Source: Spirochaetia bacterium (GTDB taxonomy: Bacteria; Spirochaetota; Spirochaetia; CADAEX01). Taken from it: a stretch of DNA of 64,000 bases. Position numbers and translations under genes: made by a program. This document shows, piece after piece, positions 1 through 10,679 of the stretch. Position 1 is the stretch's first letter. Every line of letters starts with the position of its first letter. The DNA is taken from NCBI GenBank assembly GCA_963662265.2, contig CAXXHA010000029.1, positions 128,001 through 192,000 on the forward strand, in the 5' to 3' direction. A model generated the notes under the pieces. That model was given only the letters and a program-made list of their open reading frames with translations. It was not told where the DNA came from and searched no databases.

Positions 1-260
1 AGTCCAGGGTCAATGTTGCACCTAAAACCGGTTTTACTTTCTCAATGGGGCCGAAAGAACTCATCGAAATGGTAGGTTTTACAAAAGAGGATTCTGAGAG
101 TCTTTTGAAGGAACTTTTTGCTAACAGCAAAATATCTATCCAGGACAACAAGATAAGAACTTCCGATACCGAGGAAATATCCAAACAGGCGAATTACTTC
201 AGGAAAATGGAGAAGATCGAACAGTCACGACGTAAGAGTTCTATTATGTCCGGTTTCTGA
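1..260 (+). CDS. C-terminal fragment of a gene truncated by the window edge; possibly a spirochaete Crp/Fnr-type protein
   Basis: Frame is open from the window edge (SRVNVAPKTGFTFSMGPKELIEMVG...) to TGA at 258-260. Family is by recalled resemblance only. Confidence 0.45.
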   Translation, partial: SRVNVAPKTGFTFSMGPKELIEMVGFTKEDSESLLKELFANSKISIQDNKIRTSDTEEISKQANYFRKMEKIEQSRRKSSIMSGF

Positions 261-483
261 TTTTTGCTGAAATGATATATCTTAAATCAATTGAAATAAT
301 TACTACGCAAAAACACAACAGTATCCCGAAGGGCCTGTCCGGTTTCTGATTATCGCTGCTTTGTAATATTCTTAAACATAAAAAAGAATTACAACTGAAA
401 AACATCGGATGGAAAAGACCTGTTTATGTGAAAATGAGTTTATATCTGCATGCTGATTCTCATGAAAAAATAAATTGATGAAA

Positions 484-1185
484 TTATCTCAGTGGCGGGA
501 AATTGGAAATATCTCCTGCTGAAATTGATATTTCACTGTATACTTTCTTGTATTTCACAATCTGCTGAAGTCCCCCTTTGCTTTCAAGGGGGAAAATAAT
601 TTCACCCAGCGATTTGAGGATATCGAAAAAGGTAGGTGAAACCTGCTGTACTGAACCATGGATGAAAATTGCATCAAACGGCCCGTATCCCTGGAAAGCA
701 TCAGCTGCTGAACCGTAAAAAATATTTATATTGTTGTATTTGTCCTCAAGGAGGGTATCGTAGAGATCTTCCTTTGTTGTGTCTGTTTCTATCAGATATA
801 CATTATCATAAAAATATGAAAAAAGTGCTGCTGCATAACCTGCATTGTTCCCTATAATCAGGACTTTCTCTTTTTCCCTTGTATCAAACATATTCAGTGC
901 CTTCACTATATCAGATACCGGAGGTATTTTTTTCCCGTTGGAAAGGGGAACAGCAGTCTCTGTATATGTGTATTTCCTGAATCGTTCAGGGATAAAGTAT
1001 TCCCTGTCTATAAGCTCAATAGAATAGAGGAGTTTTCTGTCCCTTATACCCTGGTTTTCTTTTAAATAATCTATAAGCTGGGCCCTTTTTTCATTCATGC
1101 TTTCACCTGATACCTGTGAAAAGGTTAAAGCAGCTGAGCATGAGTATAATAGCAGTATAAAAAGAAAGCCTTTCAGATTTTTCAT
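484..1185 (-). CDS. Protein-L-isoaspartate O-methyltransferase (PIMT/Pcm)-like protein with N-terminal signal peptide and degenerate SAM motif
   Basis: PIMT-like motifs IDREYFIP, GPFDAIFI, LKSLGEIIFP. SAM motif I reads VLIIGNNAGYAAA. Hydrophobic N-terminus. Confidence 0.7.
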   Translation of the reverse strand: MKNLKGFLFILLLYSCSAALTFSQVSGESMNEKRAQLIDYLKENQGIRDRKLLYSIELIDREYFIPERFRKYTYTETAVPLSNGKKIPPVSDIVKALNMFDTREKEKVLIIGNNAGYAAALFSYFYDNVYLIETDTTKEDLYDTLLEDKYNNINIFYGSAADAFQGYGPFDAIFIHGSVQQVSPTFFDILKSLGEIIFPLESKGGLQQIVKYKKVYSEISISAGDISNFPPLR

Positions 1186-1282
1186 GAAATCAATATATCA
1201 TAAACAGTTTTTTTATTGAATCACTGTTCTTAATTTGATAATATATCGCGATACCGGTAAATACCCAGGAGGAAATACTCAA

Positions 1283-3931
1283 ATGAACGCAATTGAACTT
1301 GAAAAAACGTATAATCCGAAAGATTTTGAAGACAGGATTTATGAATCATGGATGGAGAACAAGGAATTCTCCCCGAAAGACGATAACGGAAAAAATCCTT
1401 TCACAATAGTCATTCCTCCTCCAAATGTCACAGGTGTCCTTCATATGGGACACGGATTAAATAACTCTCTTCAGGATATTCTTATCCGTTACTACAGAAT
1501 GTGCGGAAACCCTACACTCTGGCTTCCGGGAACAGACCATGCAGGTATTGCAACTCAGAATGTTGTGGAAAAGAGACTTCTTAAAGAGGGCAAATCACGG
1601 CATGACCTTGGAAGAGAAAAATTCCTTGAAAAAACATGGGAAGTTAAAGAGGAACATCATAATATAATAAAGAAGCAGCTTGAGAAAATCGGCTCATCAT
1701 GTGACTGGGACAGAGAAAGGTTTACAATGGATGAGGGCTTGAGTGAAGCTGTAAGGGAAGTTTTTGTAACGCTCTATGAAAGAGGTCTTATCTACAAGGG
1801 TAACTACCTTGTAAACTGGTGCTCTTCATGCGGTACTGCGCTTGCAGACGATGAAGTTGAACACCAGGAAATAGAGGGTAAGATGTACCATTACTACTAT
1901 CCTCTCTCTGACGGATCAGACAAACTTGAAATAGCCACTACTAGACCTGAAACAATGCTTGGTGATACATGTGTAGCTGTAAATCCCGAAGATGACAGAT
2001 ATAAAAAATATGTCGGAAAGATGGTTAAACTGCCTCTTACATCAAGGGAGATTCCTGTAATTGCAGACTCCTATGTTGATATGGAATTCGGTACAGGTGT
2101 TGTGAAAATTACTCCTGCCCATGACCCCAATGACTGGGAAATCAGTGAAAGACATAATCTTGAAAAAATAAATATTCTTACTGAAGACGGAAAACTTAAT
2201 AACAATGTCCCTGAAAAATACAGGGGTATGACACCTCTTGATGCAAGAAAGGCTGTTATCGAAGATCTTAAAGAGCAGGGACTCTACATAAAGGATAGAG
2301 TTCATCCTCACCAGGTTGGCCACTGCTACAGGTGTGACACTGTAATTGAGCCTTTCATGTCGGAACAGTGGTTTGTAAAAATGAAGCCTCTTGCTGAAAA
2401 GGCTCTCTCAGCATGGAGAAACGGTGAAGTTGAATTCTATCCAAAGAGATGGGAAAACACATACAAGCACTGGCTTGAAAATATCAGAGACTGGTGTATT
2501 TCAAGGCAGCTCTGGTGGGGGCACAGAATTCCTGTATGGCACTGCAAAGACTGCGGCGAGATGATTGTTGCAAGAAAAGATCCGGATAAGTGTCCCAAAT
2601 GTTCATCAACAAACCTCAGGCAGGAGGATGATGTACTTGATACATGGTTTTCTTCATGGCTCTGGCCTTTCTCAACTCTCGGATGGCCTGAAAATACTGA
2701 TGATATGAAGAAATTCTTCCCTACATCAACACTTGTAACTGCCTATGATATTATCTTTTTCTGGGTAGCCAGGATGATTATGGCAAGTCTCGAGTTTACA
2801 GGACAGGTTCCATTCAAGGATATTTATATTCACGGACTTGTAAGGGCTAAAGACGGGAGGAAAATGTCCAAGTCTCTCGGCAACGGAATCGACCCTCTTG
2901 ATGTAGTTGAAGAATACGGAGCAGATGCATTCAAGTTTACACTTGCTTTCCTTGCTGCTCAGGGACAGGATATTCTCATTGATATGGAATCATTCAAATT
3001 CGGGTCCAAGTTTGCAAACAAGATCTGGAATGCTTCCAGGTATCTTCTGATGAATATTGAGGGAAGAAACCTTATTGAATTCGATAAAATTGAAAAGAAC
3101 TCAACTGATAAATGGATACTGAACCAGCTTAACGAAGCAGTTGCAGGTGTTGAAAAAGCAATGAAATCATACAGATTTAATGATGCGGCAAAAGCTGTAT
3201 ACGAGTTTTTCTGGAACGATTTCTGCGACTGGTATGTTGAAGCTTCCAAGCTTTCTCTCTATTCAGACAGTGATGAAGAGAAGGACAGGGGTATTTCAAT
3301 ACTTATTCATATACTTAATGATTCACTTAAGCTTCTTCATCCTTTTGTTCCGTTTATTACAGAGGAGATTTACCAGAAACTTCCTCTCAATGAAGGCAGT
3401 ATTGTAAATGCTTACTATCCTGAATATAAAGAGGAAAACAAGGACACTGAGCTTGCATCAAACTTTTCATCCCTCCAGGAGCTTATCAAGGCTGTAAGAA
3501 CCATGAGAAGTGAGTTCCAGGTTGCACCATCAAAGAAAATAAAGATGTTTATCTGTCCTGATGAGGGATTCAGGGCGGCTTCTTTCTTTGAAGAGCAGAC
3601 AGAGCTTATCAAGTTCCTTGTTGCAGCATCAGAAATTGAATTTATTTCATCGAAACCTGAGGAAAAGGGATTTATTCCAGTTGCAGGAAACGGGTTCGAA
3701 GTATATGTATCGCTCAAGGATGTGATTGATATTCCGAAGGAAATTGCAAAGCTTAAGAAAGATATTGAAAAACAGGAGAAACTCCTGAAACGGACAGAAG
3801 GAAAGCTCAGTAATCCTTCATTCCTCGACAAGGCTCCTGCTGAAATTATTGAAAAGGAAAAAGCTGCCAAAGAGGAAATGAGTCAGATGATTGACAAGAT
3901 GAAGCAGAACCTCAAGGAGCTTTCTGAGTAA
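1283..3931 (+). CDS. valS: Valyl-tRNA synthetase
   Basis: PPPNVTGVLHMGH, DWCISRQLWWGH and KMSKS motifs; C-terminal coiled coil; AGGAGG RBS before ATG 1283. Confidence 0.98.
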   Translation: MNAIELEKTYNPKDFEDRIYESWMENKEFSPKDDNGKNPFTIVIPPPNVTGVLHMGHGLNNSLQDILIRYYRMCGNPTLWLPGTDHAGIATQNVVEKRLLKEGKSRHDLGREKFLEKTWEVKEEHHNIIKKQLEKIGSSCDWDRERFTMDEGLSEAVREVFVTLYERGLIYKGNYLVNWCSSCGTALADDEVEHQEIEGKMYHYYYPLSDGSDKLEIATTRPETMLGDTCVAVNPEDDRYKKYVGKMVKLPLTSREIPVIADSYVDMEFGTGVVKITPAHDPNDWEISERHNLEKINILTEDGKLNNNVPEKYRGMTPLDARKAVIEDLKEQGLYIKDRVHPHQVGHCYRCDTVIEPFMSEQWFVKMKPLAEKALSAWRNGEVEFYPKRWENTYKHWLENIRDWCISRQLWWGHRIPVWHCKDCGEMIVARKDPDKCPKCSSTNLRQEDDVLDTWFSSWLWPFSTLGWPENTDDMKKFFPTSTLVTAYDIIFFWVARMIMASLEFTGQVPFKDIYIHGLVRAKDGRKMSKSLGNGIDPLDVVEEYGADAFKFTLAFLAAQGQDILIDMESFKFGSKFANKIWNASRYLLMNIEGRNLIEFDKIEKNSTDKWILNQLNEAVAGVEKAMKSYRFNDAAKAVYEFFWNDFCDWYVEASKLSLYSDSDEEKDRGISILIHILNDSLKLLHPFVPFITEEIYQKLPLNEGSIVNAYYPEYKEENKDTELASNFSSLQELIKAVRTMRSEFQVAPSKKIKMFICPDEGFRAASFFEEQTELIKFLVAASEIEFISSKPEEKGFIPVAGNGFEVYVSLKDVIDIPKEIAKLKKDIEKQEKLLKRTEGKLSNPSFLDKAPAEIIEKEKAAKEEMSQMIDKMKQNLKELSE

Positions 3932-3969
3932 TTTCTTCGTGAAATAAGATATAAAAGGAAAAAATGTAA

Positions 3970-5691
3970 ATGAGATTAAGCAGATATTTTCTAAGAACAT
4001 ATAAGGAAGCTCCCAGGGATGCCCAGACACCCAGTCATATACTCATGCACCGGGCAGGGATGATACAGAAACTGACAAGCGGTATTTATAATTATCTGCC
4101 GCTTGCCTGGAAGACTATCAAAAAAATTGAGGCAATTATCAGGGAGGAACTCGACAGGAGAGACTGCCAGGAAGTTCTGATGCCTGCAGTCCAACCTTCT
4201 GATCTCTGGGAGGAAAGCGGCAGATGGAACTACTACGGACCTGAACTTCTCCGTTTCAAGGACAGGAAAAATGCAGATTACTGTCTGGGTCCTACTCACG
4301 AAGAGGTAATTACAGACATGGTCAGAAGGAATATCAATTCCTACAAGCAGCTTCCTGTAAACCTCTACCAGATTCAGACAAAATTCCGTGACGAGATAAG
4401 ACCCCGGTTTGGTTTAATGAGAGGCCGGGAATTCATAATGAAAGATGCGTACAGCTTTGATACTGATGATGAAGAGTCAAAGAAGAGCTACCAGAAGATG
4501 TATGAGGCATATACAGATATATTCACCCGGTGCGGTCTCAGGTTCAAGGCTGTCGATGCTGCTACAGGAGCAATCGGGGGCGATATGTCTCACGAGTTCC
4601 AGGTGCTTGCGGAAACAGGGGAGGATGAAATACTTTCCTGCTCAAAATGCAAATATGCCGCAAATGTGGAAAAAGCTGTAACTGTACGGGATATTAAAAA
4701 ACCTGCTGATGCTGGTAAGTGTGAAGTCAGTGAAGTTCATACTCCCGGTGCAAAAACTATTGATGAGATTACTGATTTCCTCAAGAAATCAGCAGACCAC
4801 ATGATTAAGACTCTTATCTATCTTATTGATGATGAACCTGTTGCAGTTCTTGTAAGGGGAGACCTTGAAGCGAATGAAGCCAAAGTTCAGTCATCTCTCG
4901 GCGCAAGCGCTGTCTTTCCGGCAGATGAAGAAACAGTAAAGAACGTTACTGGAGCCGAGGTAGGATTTGCAGGACCATTGAATCTTAAAGAGGATATAAA
5001 AATACTTGTCGATGAGCAGCTTTATGCATATACCGACATGGTTTGCGGCGCAAACAAGACTGATTATCACCTTACAGGTATTGATCCTGAAAGAGATATA
5101 AAGCCGTTTAAAGTTGGAGATTTCACTTTTGCTCATCCCGGAGAAAAATGTCCGCACTGTGAAGGGACTCTCGAATCATACAGGGGAATCGAGGTGGGAC
5201 AGGTATTTTTCCTGGGTGATAAATATTCAAAGGCTATGAACTGTAATTATCTTGACCGGAACGGCAAGGAAAAACCCATTGTCATGGGCTGCTATGGAAT
5301 AGGTGTAGGAAGAACAATGGCAGCTGCAGTTGAGCAGAACCATGATGAATACGGTATTAAATGGCCGGCAGCAATAGCTCCTTTCGAAGCAGTTGTTCTG
5401 CCTCTCCAGTCAAACAAGGAAGAGGTGATGGATCTTGCTGAAAAATTCTACTCAGAGCTTCAGGCTGCGGGAATAGATACAGCTATTGATGACAGGAAAG
5501 AGAGAGCAGGTTTCAAGATGAATGATGCAGACCTTATCGGATATCCATTGCAGCTGATTATCGGAGCAAAGATGATTGAGCAGGGCCTTGTAGAGATAAA
5601 GGAAAGATCAACAGGTGAGAAGAGGGAAGTGAAGATTGAAGATGCTGTAAACGAGATAACTTCTAATCTTGCAAAACTCAAGAATCAATAA
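3970..5691 (+). CDS. proS: Prolyl-tRNA synthetase with editing insertion
   Basis: LGPTHEE, KFRDEIRPRFGLMRGREFIMKDAYSF and MGCYGIGVGR motifs. Confidence 0.98.
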   Translation: MRLSRYFLRTYKEAPRDAQTPSHILMHRAGMIQKLTSGIYNYLPLAWKTIKKIEAIIREELDRRDCQEVLMPAVQPSDLWEESGRWNYYGPELLRFKDRKNADYCLGPTHEEVITDMVRRNINSYKQLPVNLYQIQTKFRDEIRPRFGLMRGREFIMKDAYSFDTDDEESKKSYQKMYEAYTDIFTRCGLRFKAVDAATGAIGGDMSHEFQVLAETGEDEILSCSKCKYAANVEKAVTVRDIKKPADAGKCEVSEVHTPGAKTIDEITDFLKKSADHMIKTLIYLIDDEPVAVLVRGDLEANEAKVQSSLGASAVFPADEETVKNVTGAEVGFAGPLNLKEDIKILVDEQLYAYTDMVCGANKTDYHLTGIDPERDIKPFKVGDFTFAHPGEKCPHCEGTLESYRGIEVGQVFFLGDKYSKAMNCNYLDRNGKEKPIVMGCYGIGVGRTMAAAVEQNHDEYGIKWPAAIAPFEAVVLPLQSNKEEVMDLAEKFYSELQAAGIDTAIDDRKERAGFKMNDADLIGYPLQLIIGAKMIEQGLVEIKERSTGEKREVKIEDAVNEITSNLAKLKNQ

Positions 5692-5844
5692 AATATGTGT
5701 CTGTCCTGATTTGAAGCAGAAAAAGTTAATGAAGCAAACTGTTGAGCATTTTTCAGGACTGTATGAATGAAAATTAAAAGCTGATGTTTTCTGAAATTTA
5801 AATATCAGCCAACCGGCTGTATTATGCAGCTGTTTATATATAAA

Positions 5845-5882
5845 AGGCGGAGAATCTTTGATGATTTTCCGCCGTTTTTTTT
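5845..5882 (+). terminator. Intrinsic terminator after valS-proS, possibly bidirectional
   Basis: GGCGGAGAATC-loop-GATTTTCCGCC followed by a T run, between convergent genes. Confidence 0.65.
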
Positions 5883-6055
5883 ATTGTAAAATATTTGTTG
5901 AAGCCAGAATACTGATTCTGTTTGCAAGGTTAATTGAAAAAACATATAACATATTTTGTTTACATGAAATATTATTTTTGACAAAATCATTGTCAACGAA
6001 ATAATCTAAGCGCTGAACAGATAAACAAAATTACAAGTTTTTTTATCATATCAGG

Positions 6056-6937
6056 TCAGCTGTCAATCCCCCTGCGGTCAGATGTATTGAATTTCACTTC
6101 AGCCTTGTCAAAGCCGGGGTATCCTGTTCTGAATACTGCCTTGCCGTCAAAGTTCATGTTAAGTTTTCTTCCGCTGATTGCAGATTTTATAAGTTCAAGA
6201 CCTACTTCTGCAGGATTTACTGAAATTGGCAGTGTTATCCTGTTTTCCCCGTTTTCCTTGAAATCTGTGCTTGTGCGGGACATCCCTTTTCCCCATGTTA
6301 CAGTATTGACCTTGAAATCATAATCAATGGAATCAAGTGAAAGTGAGAAGTTATTCCTGTTTCTTATGCGCAATACAAGTTCCAGCTCGCTCTTGAACGG
6401 ATTAAGGCTTTTCAGGTTGAGGCTGTCAATTGCAATTTCCGGAAGCTTCACTGCGGGAAAAGATCCTTCATGTTCAACCGGAAAAGAAGCTTTGCCGAAA
6501 ACAGGCAGATCAAATGTGAAAACATTTTTGATTTTATAGGCAATCTGATCTTTTCCCTTTATATCTCCATACATGCTGTAAAGGTCTTTATATGTGAGAG
6601 TAACGGGAAGTTTTATAACACTCCTGTCATCAGGTTCAATTCTAAGAGGCTCTTTTGTTTCACCCTTGATAAGGGAATTCCCCTCAATTTCAAGATCATA
6701 GGCATATCCTGCCATTTCGACACCGACAGAATTCGGATTATCAACATTAAATGAGAAATCAAGAGTTATATCCTGGAAACTGATATCTGATATTTCAGCC
6801 TTGTCAAAAGATACTTTAGGTTCCTTGAATATGTTTTCAAGTGTTGCACAGGAAAATAGAAATAAACCTGTTATTGCAATAACAGAAATAATAATTATAT
6901 TTTTTAGCTGTTTGTTATTAATCATTATTAACCTCAT
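6056..6937 (-). CDS. LEA type 2 / WHy tandem-domain lipoprotein
   Basis: Lipobox LFSC; two repeats of the VxNPN/IRNRN...YDL/YDF pattern. Start codon uncertain. Confidence 0.8.
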   Translation of the reverse strand: MRLIMINNKQLKNIIIISVIAITGLFLFSCATLENIFKEPKVSFDKAEISDISFQDITLDFSFNVDNPNSVGVEMAGYAYDLEIEGNSLIKGETKEPLRIEPDDRSVIKLPVTLTYKDLYSMYGDIKGKDQIAYKIKNVFTFDLPVFGKASFPVEHEGSFPAVKLPEIAIDSLNLKSLNPFKSELELVLRIRNRNNFSLSLDSIDYDFKVNTVTWGKGMSRTSTDFKENGENRITLPISVNPAEVGLELIKSAISGRKLNMNFDGKAVFRTGYPGFDKAEVKFNTSDRRGIDS

Positions 6938-6990
6938 AATTTTTGATCTGGTATGTATTATAACCCGAAAAATGAATAAATAATAAGTAT

Positions 6991-8859
6991 TCATTTAATA
7001 TCAGTAATTAAATATTCTTCAAGCTTCTCAAGCCTCATCGACTTTGCATAATACCATCCCTGAACAGTTGTGCAGTGTTTCCCCTTGAGATAATTTAGCT
7101 GGAATTCGTTTTCAACCCCTTCTGCCGTAACTTCAATTCCCATTGAATTACCCATTGAAATAACTGCATCTATTATCGGGTAACTGCTCCTGTCAGCTCC
7201 TTCTGAAATTGAATCAACAAAAGTCTTGTCAATTTTCAGGTTATGTATATCCATTTTAAGAAGGTAGCTGAGGCTTGAATAGCCTGTCCCGAAATCATCG
7301 ATTGCTATTCTGAATCCCATTTCTGTCAATTCCTGGATATTCTGGAGAAGAACAGGATCGTTATCCAGCTGAAAACGTTCAGTAACTTCAAATTCAATCA
7401 GGGGGGGGCTGCAGCCGGAAAGTGAAAGTTCTCTTGAAATGAAGTGGATAAAAGTGCTGTCTTTAAGGTCGTGAATTGAAAGGTTTACTGCAAATGTGAA
7501 TTTTTTATCTTGCGGTTTAAAATGCGCCCTGTCTGAAAACACTTTCCTTATTATCCATTTGGTGAGATTTCTGATAATACCGCTTTCCTCGGCAGCCGGA
7601 ATAAAATCTCCCGGTGATACTATGCCGAGTTCCGGGTTAATCCACCTTATGAGGGCTTCAGCGCTGCAGCATCTGTTTTCGCTGATGCATATTTTCGGCT
7701 GGTATTCCATGTGAAATTCACTGTCAAATTCAGATTTATGAAGAGCCTCTGTAAGCCTGTAGATATACTGTTCCTTCATGACAGATTTCTTGTCATGATA
7801 GAGGATATCTCCCGGAGATTTTGATTTTTTATCAAAAAGAGATATCAGGTTGCCTGTAAGCTGGGAAACTGTTGATCCTTCATGAGGAAACCTTGAAACA
7901 GCAATTGCATAGTTTACATAAACATTCCTGTTATTAATCCTGTATACCCTGGATAAGTCTTTAAGCAGAGATGAACATAAAAAATCAAGAGATTTCTTTT
8001 CGGAAATATCGGCGCTTATCATGAAAACTGATCCGCTCCATCTGCCAGAAATATCAGAGCCTGATGAAATTATCCGTTTTGCAGCCTCTTTAAGCACCAT
8101 GTCGCAGTTTTCAGTTCCAATATTATTATTGAGGTTGTTGAAATTCAGTATTTCAATTCCGATAAGACTGAAATATTTATCTGTTAATTTGTTTGCGAAA
8201 CATTTTGTTTTAAGCAGCTGTTCAAGATTACTCCTGTTGGGAAGCCCTGTTATCTGATCTGTAAATGCGAGGTTTATAAGTGATCTTATTACCTTCCTTA
8301 TACAGATAATAGTTGCTGTACTGAGAAGTCCTGAAACAATTATTATAAAGGTAAAAGAAATTCTGTAGTCATAATTATTGAAAAATGATTCTTCCGGGAA
8401 TCCTCCTGCGGCGATTCTTATTACAGTTCCTGCTGCAATAAGCAGGGGCAGTAAAACTCCGAATCTGAAATCAAGAATAAGATAAAAAATAGGGATAATC
8501 GCGAAAATTACCAGGGGCCCCCAAACTGGAAATCCTCCAAGATTGATTATTTCGCCGGCTGCAAGAATTAAAATCCCAGATACAATAATAATCTGGGGCG
8601 GGTAGAGGTTTCTTGTTGCAAGAAAAACAGGAGTTGCTGAAACAAATAAGGCAGCAGATGTATAAAACATTATTTTTATGATGAGTGTATCTGCCGGAAT
8701 AAGAAATAATCTGTATGGTAAAGATAAAAAAAGGGCTGTACAGGATATTATATATATAATCAGAAGCCTGATTTTTGATAGCAGGGGTATAGTATTCCTG
8801 TCTTTTTTTATAAAGAAAAAGAAATCATATAATTTAATTAATTTTTCCCTTTCTGTCAT
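6991..8859 (-). CDS. Membrane-bound degenerate GGDEF + EAL c-di-GMP phosphodiesterase
   Basis: About 5 TM segments; DQITGLPNR; GGDEF replaced by SGSVF; intact EAL (AEALIRW, DDFGTGYSSL, AEGVE). Confidence 0.9.
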   Translation of the reverse strand: MTEREKLIKLYDFFFFIKKDRNTIPLLSKIRLLIIYIISCTALFLSLPYRLFLIPADTLIIKIMFYTSAALFVSATPVFLATRNLYPPQIIIVSGILILAAGEIINLGGFPVWGPLVIFAIIPIFYLILDFRFGVLLPLLIAAGTVIRIAAGGFPEESFFNNYDYRISFTFIIIVSGLLSTATIICIRKVIRSLINLAFTDQITGLPNRSNLEQLLKTKCFANKLTDKYFSLIGIEILNFNNLNNNIGTENCDMVLKEAAKRIISSGSDISGRWSGSVFMISADISEKKSLDFLCSSLLKDLSRVYRINNRNVYVNYAIAVSRFPHEGSTVSQLTGNLISLFDKKSKSPGDILYHDKKSVMKEQYIYRLTEALHKSEFDSEFHMEYQPKICISENRCCSAEALIRWINPELGIVSPGDFIPAAEESGIIRNLTKWIIRKVFSDRAHFKPQDKKFTFAVNLSIHDLKDSTFIHFISRELSLSGCSPPLIEFEVTERFQLDNDPVLLQNIQELTEMGFRIAIDDFGTGYSSLSYLLKMDIHNLKIDKTFVDSISEGADRSSYPIIDAVISMGNSMGIEVTAEGVENEFQLNYLKGKHCTTVQGWYYAKSMRLEKLEEYLITDIK

Positions 8860-8907
8860 ATATCAGATTTTATTATACACAGGGGAAAAATAAAACATAT
8901 TATTTTT

Positions 8908-9501
8908 TTAATTGAGATAATTTCTGATTCCTGAGAATACCATTTCCGCAGATATTGCTGAAAGTATAAGTCCTGTTATTCTGCTCAGTATTGAAAGTCC
9001 TTTTTGCTTAAGTATTTTTTCTATCCATGGTGAAACAAAGAGTGTGAGACCCAGGAAAAATACAGAAAGTCCCAGGGCTGTAAAACCTGTAATATATCCT
9101 TCGGGAGTGCTGAATTCTGAACCAAGTACCATCAGAATACCTGTTGTGCCAGGGCCGACAGTTATTGGAATTGCAAGCGGAACAACAGAGATATCATTTC
9201 CCTCAACAGTTTTGGATTGTGCGCTGTTGCCTCTTACAAGGTCTACCGCGCTTAAAAAGAGTATGGCACCAGCACCGATCCTGAATGCATCTATTGTTAT
9301 GCTGAAAAGGTTGAAAATCGCATTTCCGCCGAAAAATATCACAGTACAGATTACTTCCACTGCAAGTGTTGTTTTAAGGACAAGGACAATCTTTTCTCTG
9401 AATGTATAATCCGATGTATAAGACAGAAACATTGTTACTACAAAAAAAGGTGTAAAGATGAAATACAGCTGCAGAGTCATTGTAATTATTTTATTCAGCA
9501 T
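8908..9501 (-). CDS. MarC family membrane protein
   Basis: AFRIGAG, VPLAIPITVGPG and RITGLIL motifs. Confidence 0.9.
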   Translation of the reverse strand: MLNKIITMTLQLYFIFTPFFVVTMFLSYTSDYTFREKIVLVLKTTLAVEVICTVIFFGGNAIFNLFSITIDAFRIGAGAILFLSAVDLVRGNSAQSKTVEGNDISVVPLAIPITVGPGTTGILMVLGSEFSTPEGYITGFTALGLSVFFLGLTLFVSPWIEKILKQKGLSILSRITGLILSAISAEMVFSGIRNYLN

Positions 9502-9636
9502 TTATATCCTCCTTTATATTTTAATAACATTAAACTGACCCCTGTATCAATAATACAGGGAAAAAGAGGGAAAATATTTTATTTTCCGATTATAATAAGA
9601 AAGTATAAGTATTATGTGCTGATGGAAAGGGTATTT

Positions 9637-10065
9637 ATGAAAAGAATCAATAAAACACTTGTAATAAAATTTGTCATTATTTCAGTAATTATTTTTACAA
9701 CGGGATCATGTTCTTCTGCAGGATCAGTTCATAAAAAACTGATAGGGAAGTGGAAAGTTGAACTTGCAGAGTTTTCTACAGGGGAAACTGTTAAAGATCC
9801 TGATATGATTATTGAGTTTCTGGATACAGAATATATTGTATATACAAAAGGAGAGGAAAATTTCTCTCTTCATTATCAGGTGAAAAAAGATTATATAAGT
9901 TTTTATCTTGAAACATTCTGGAAAGGTCAGAAGCAGGGGGAAAGGCTTCATTTTGACGGAGATGACAATTTACGTCTTGAGCTGTCTGATGAACTGAATG
10001 GAGTCAGGATTGATCTCAAATACTATCTTGTGAGAATTGTTGAAGATGATTCTGAGGCAAAGTAA
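9637..10065 (+). CDS. Lipocalin-like lipoprotein
   Basis: Signal peptide ending GSC; LIGKW motif; beta-rich sequence. Confidence 0.55.
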   Translation: MKRINKTLVIKFVIISVIIFTTGSCSSAGSVHKKLIGKWKVELAEFSTGETVKDPDMIIEFLDTEYIVYTKGEENFSLHYQVKKDYISFYLETFWKGQKQGERLHFDGDDNLRLELSDELNGVRIDLKYYLVRIVEDDSEAK

Positions 10066-10112
10066 TCTGTATATCTATTGATGAAAACCTGTTAAGTAAA
10101 TAAAATGCTGAT

Positions 10113-10466
10113 ATGGCAACAAAAAAAAGAATACTGGATTTTATACTTGGACAGATTGAGATAGAAAGAGACGGTTATATAACATATACAAAGAAATTTG
10201 GTAAATATGTTTTTACTTTCAATGGTGAAATATTTGCCCGTATTGTTGATAAAACACTGTATCTGACGGGAACTAATGCAGGGCGGAATTTTCTGAGAAA
10301 TCCTGTAAAGGGTACTCCGTACAAGAATGCTGATCAGCATTTCATAATTTCTGAAGAACAGTACAGCGACAGTGAATGGTTCAGCACCCTTGTTGATATG
10401 ACTATTGAAGAAATACTTTCAAAAAAACCTTATTTAAAAAGACACAGGCATGATGATGATCTGTAG
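10113..10466 (+). CDS. TfoX N-terminal domain protein
   Basis: ITYTKKFGKY...GEIFARIVDKTLYL...PY pattern resembles TfoX_N. Confidence 0.7.
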   Translation: MATKKRILDFILGQIEIERDGYITYTKKFGKYVFTFNGEIFARIVDKTLYLTGTNAGRNFLRNPVKGTPYKNADQHFIISEEQYSDSEWFSTLVDMTIEEILSKKPYLKRHRHDDDL

Positions 10467-10679
10467 AAAAATATGCAGAATAATAATTCAGAAATATTAT
10501 AACAGATAACATAAAAAAATATTATTTACAAAACAATATATATAAGAAAATGGAATAATATTTCCAAATGAAAATAAAATGAAAAAATAATTGTTGACTG
10601 CTCACTTTTGCTGTTTTAAACTTCCGAAAAAGGTATGAAGAATATAAATTTATTCTCGCCTGTAAAGGAGTTTTTAAAA

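Noticed and set aside
1186-1282. T-box leader for valS-proS
   Set aside because: The spacer is under 100 bp, with no T-box consensus or terminator.
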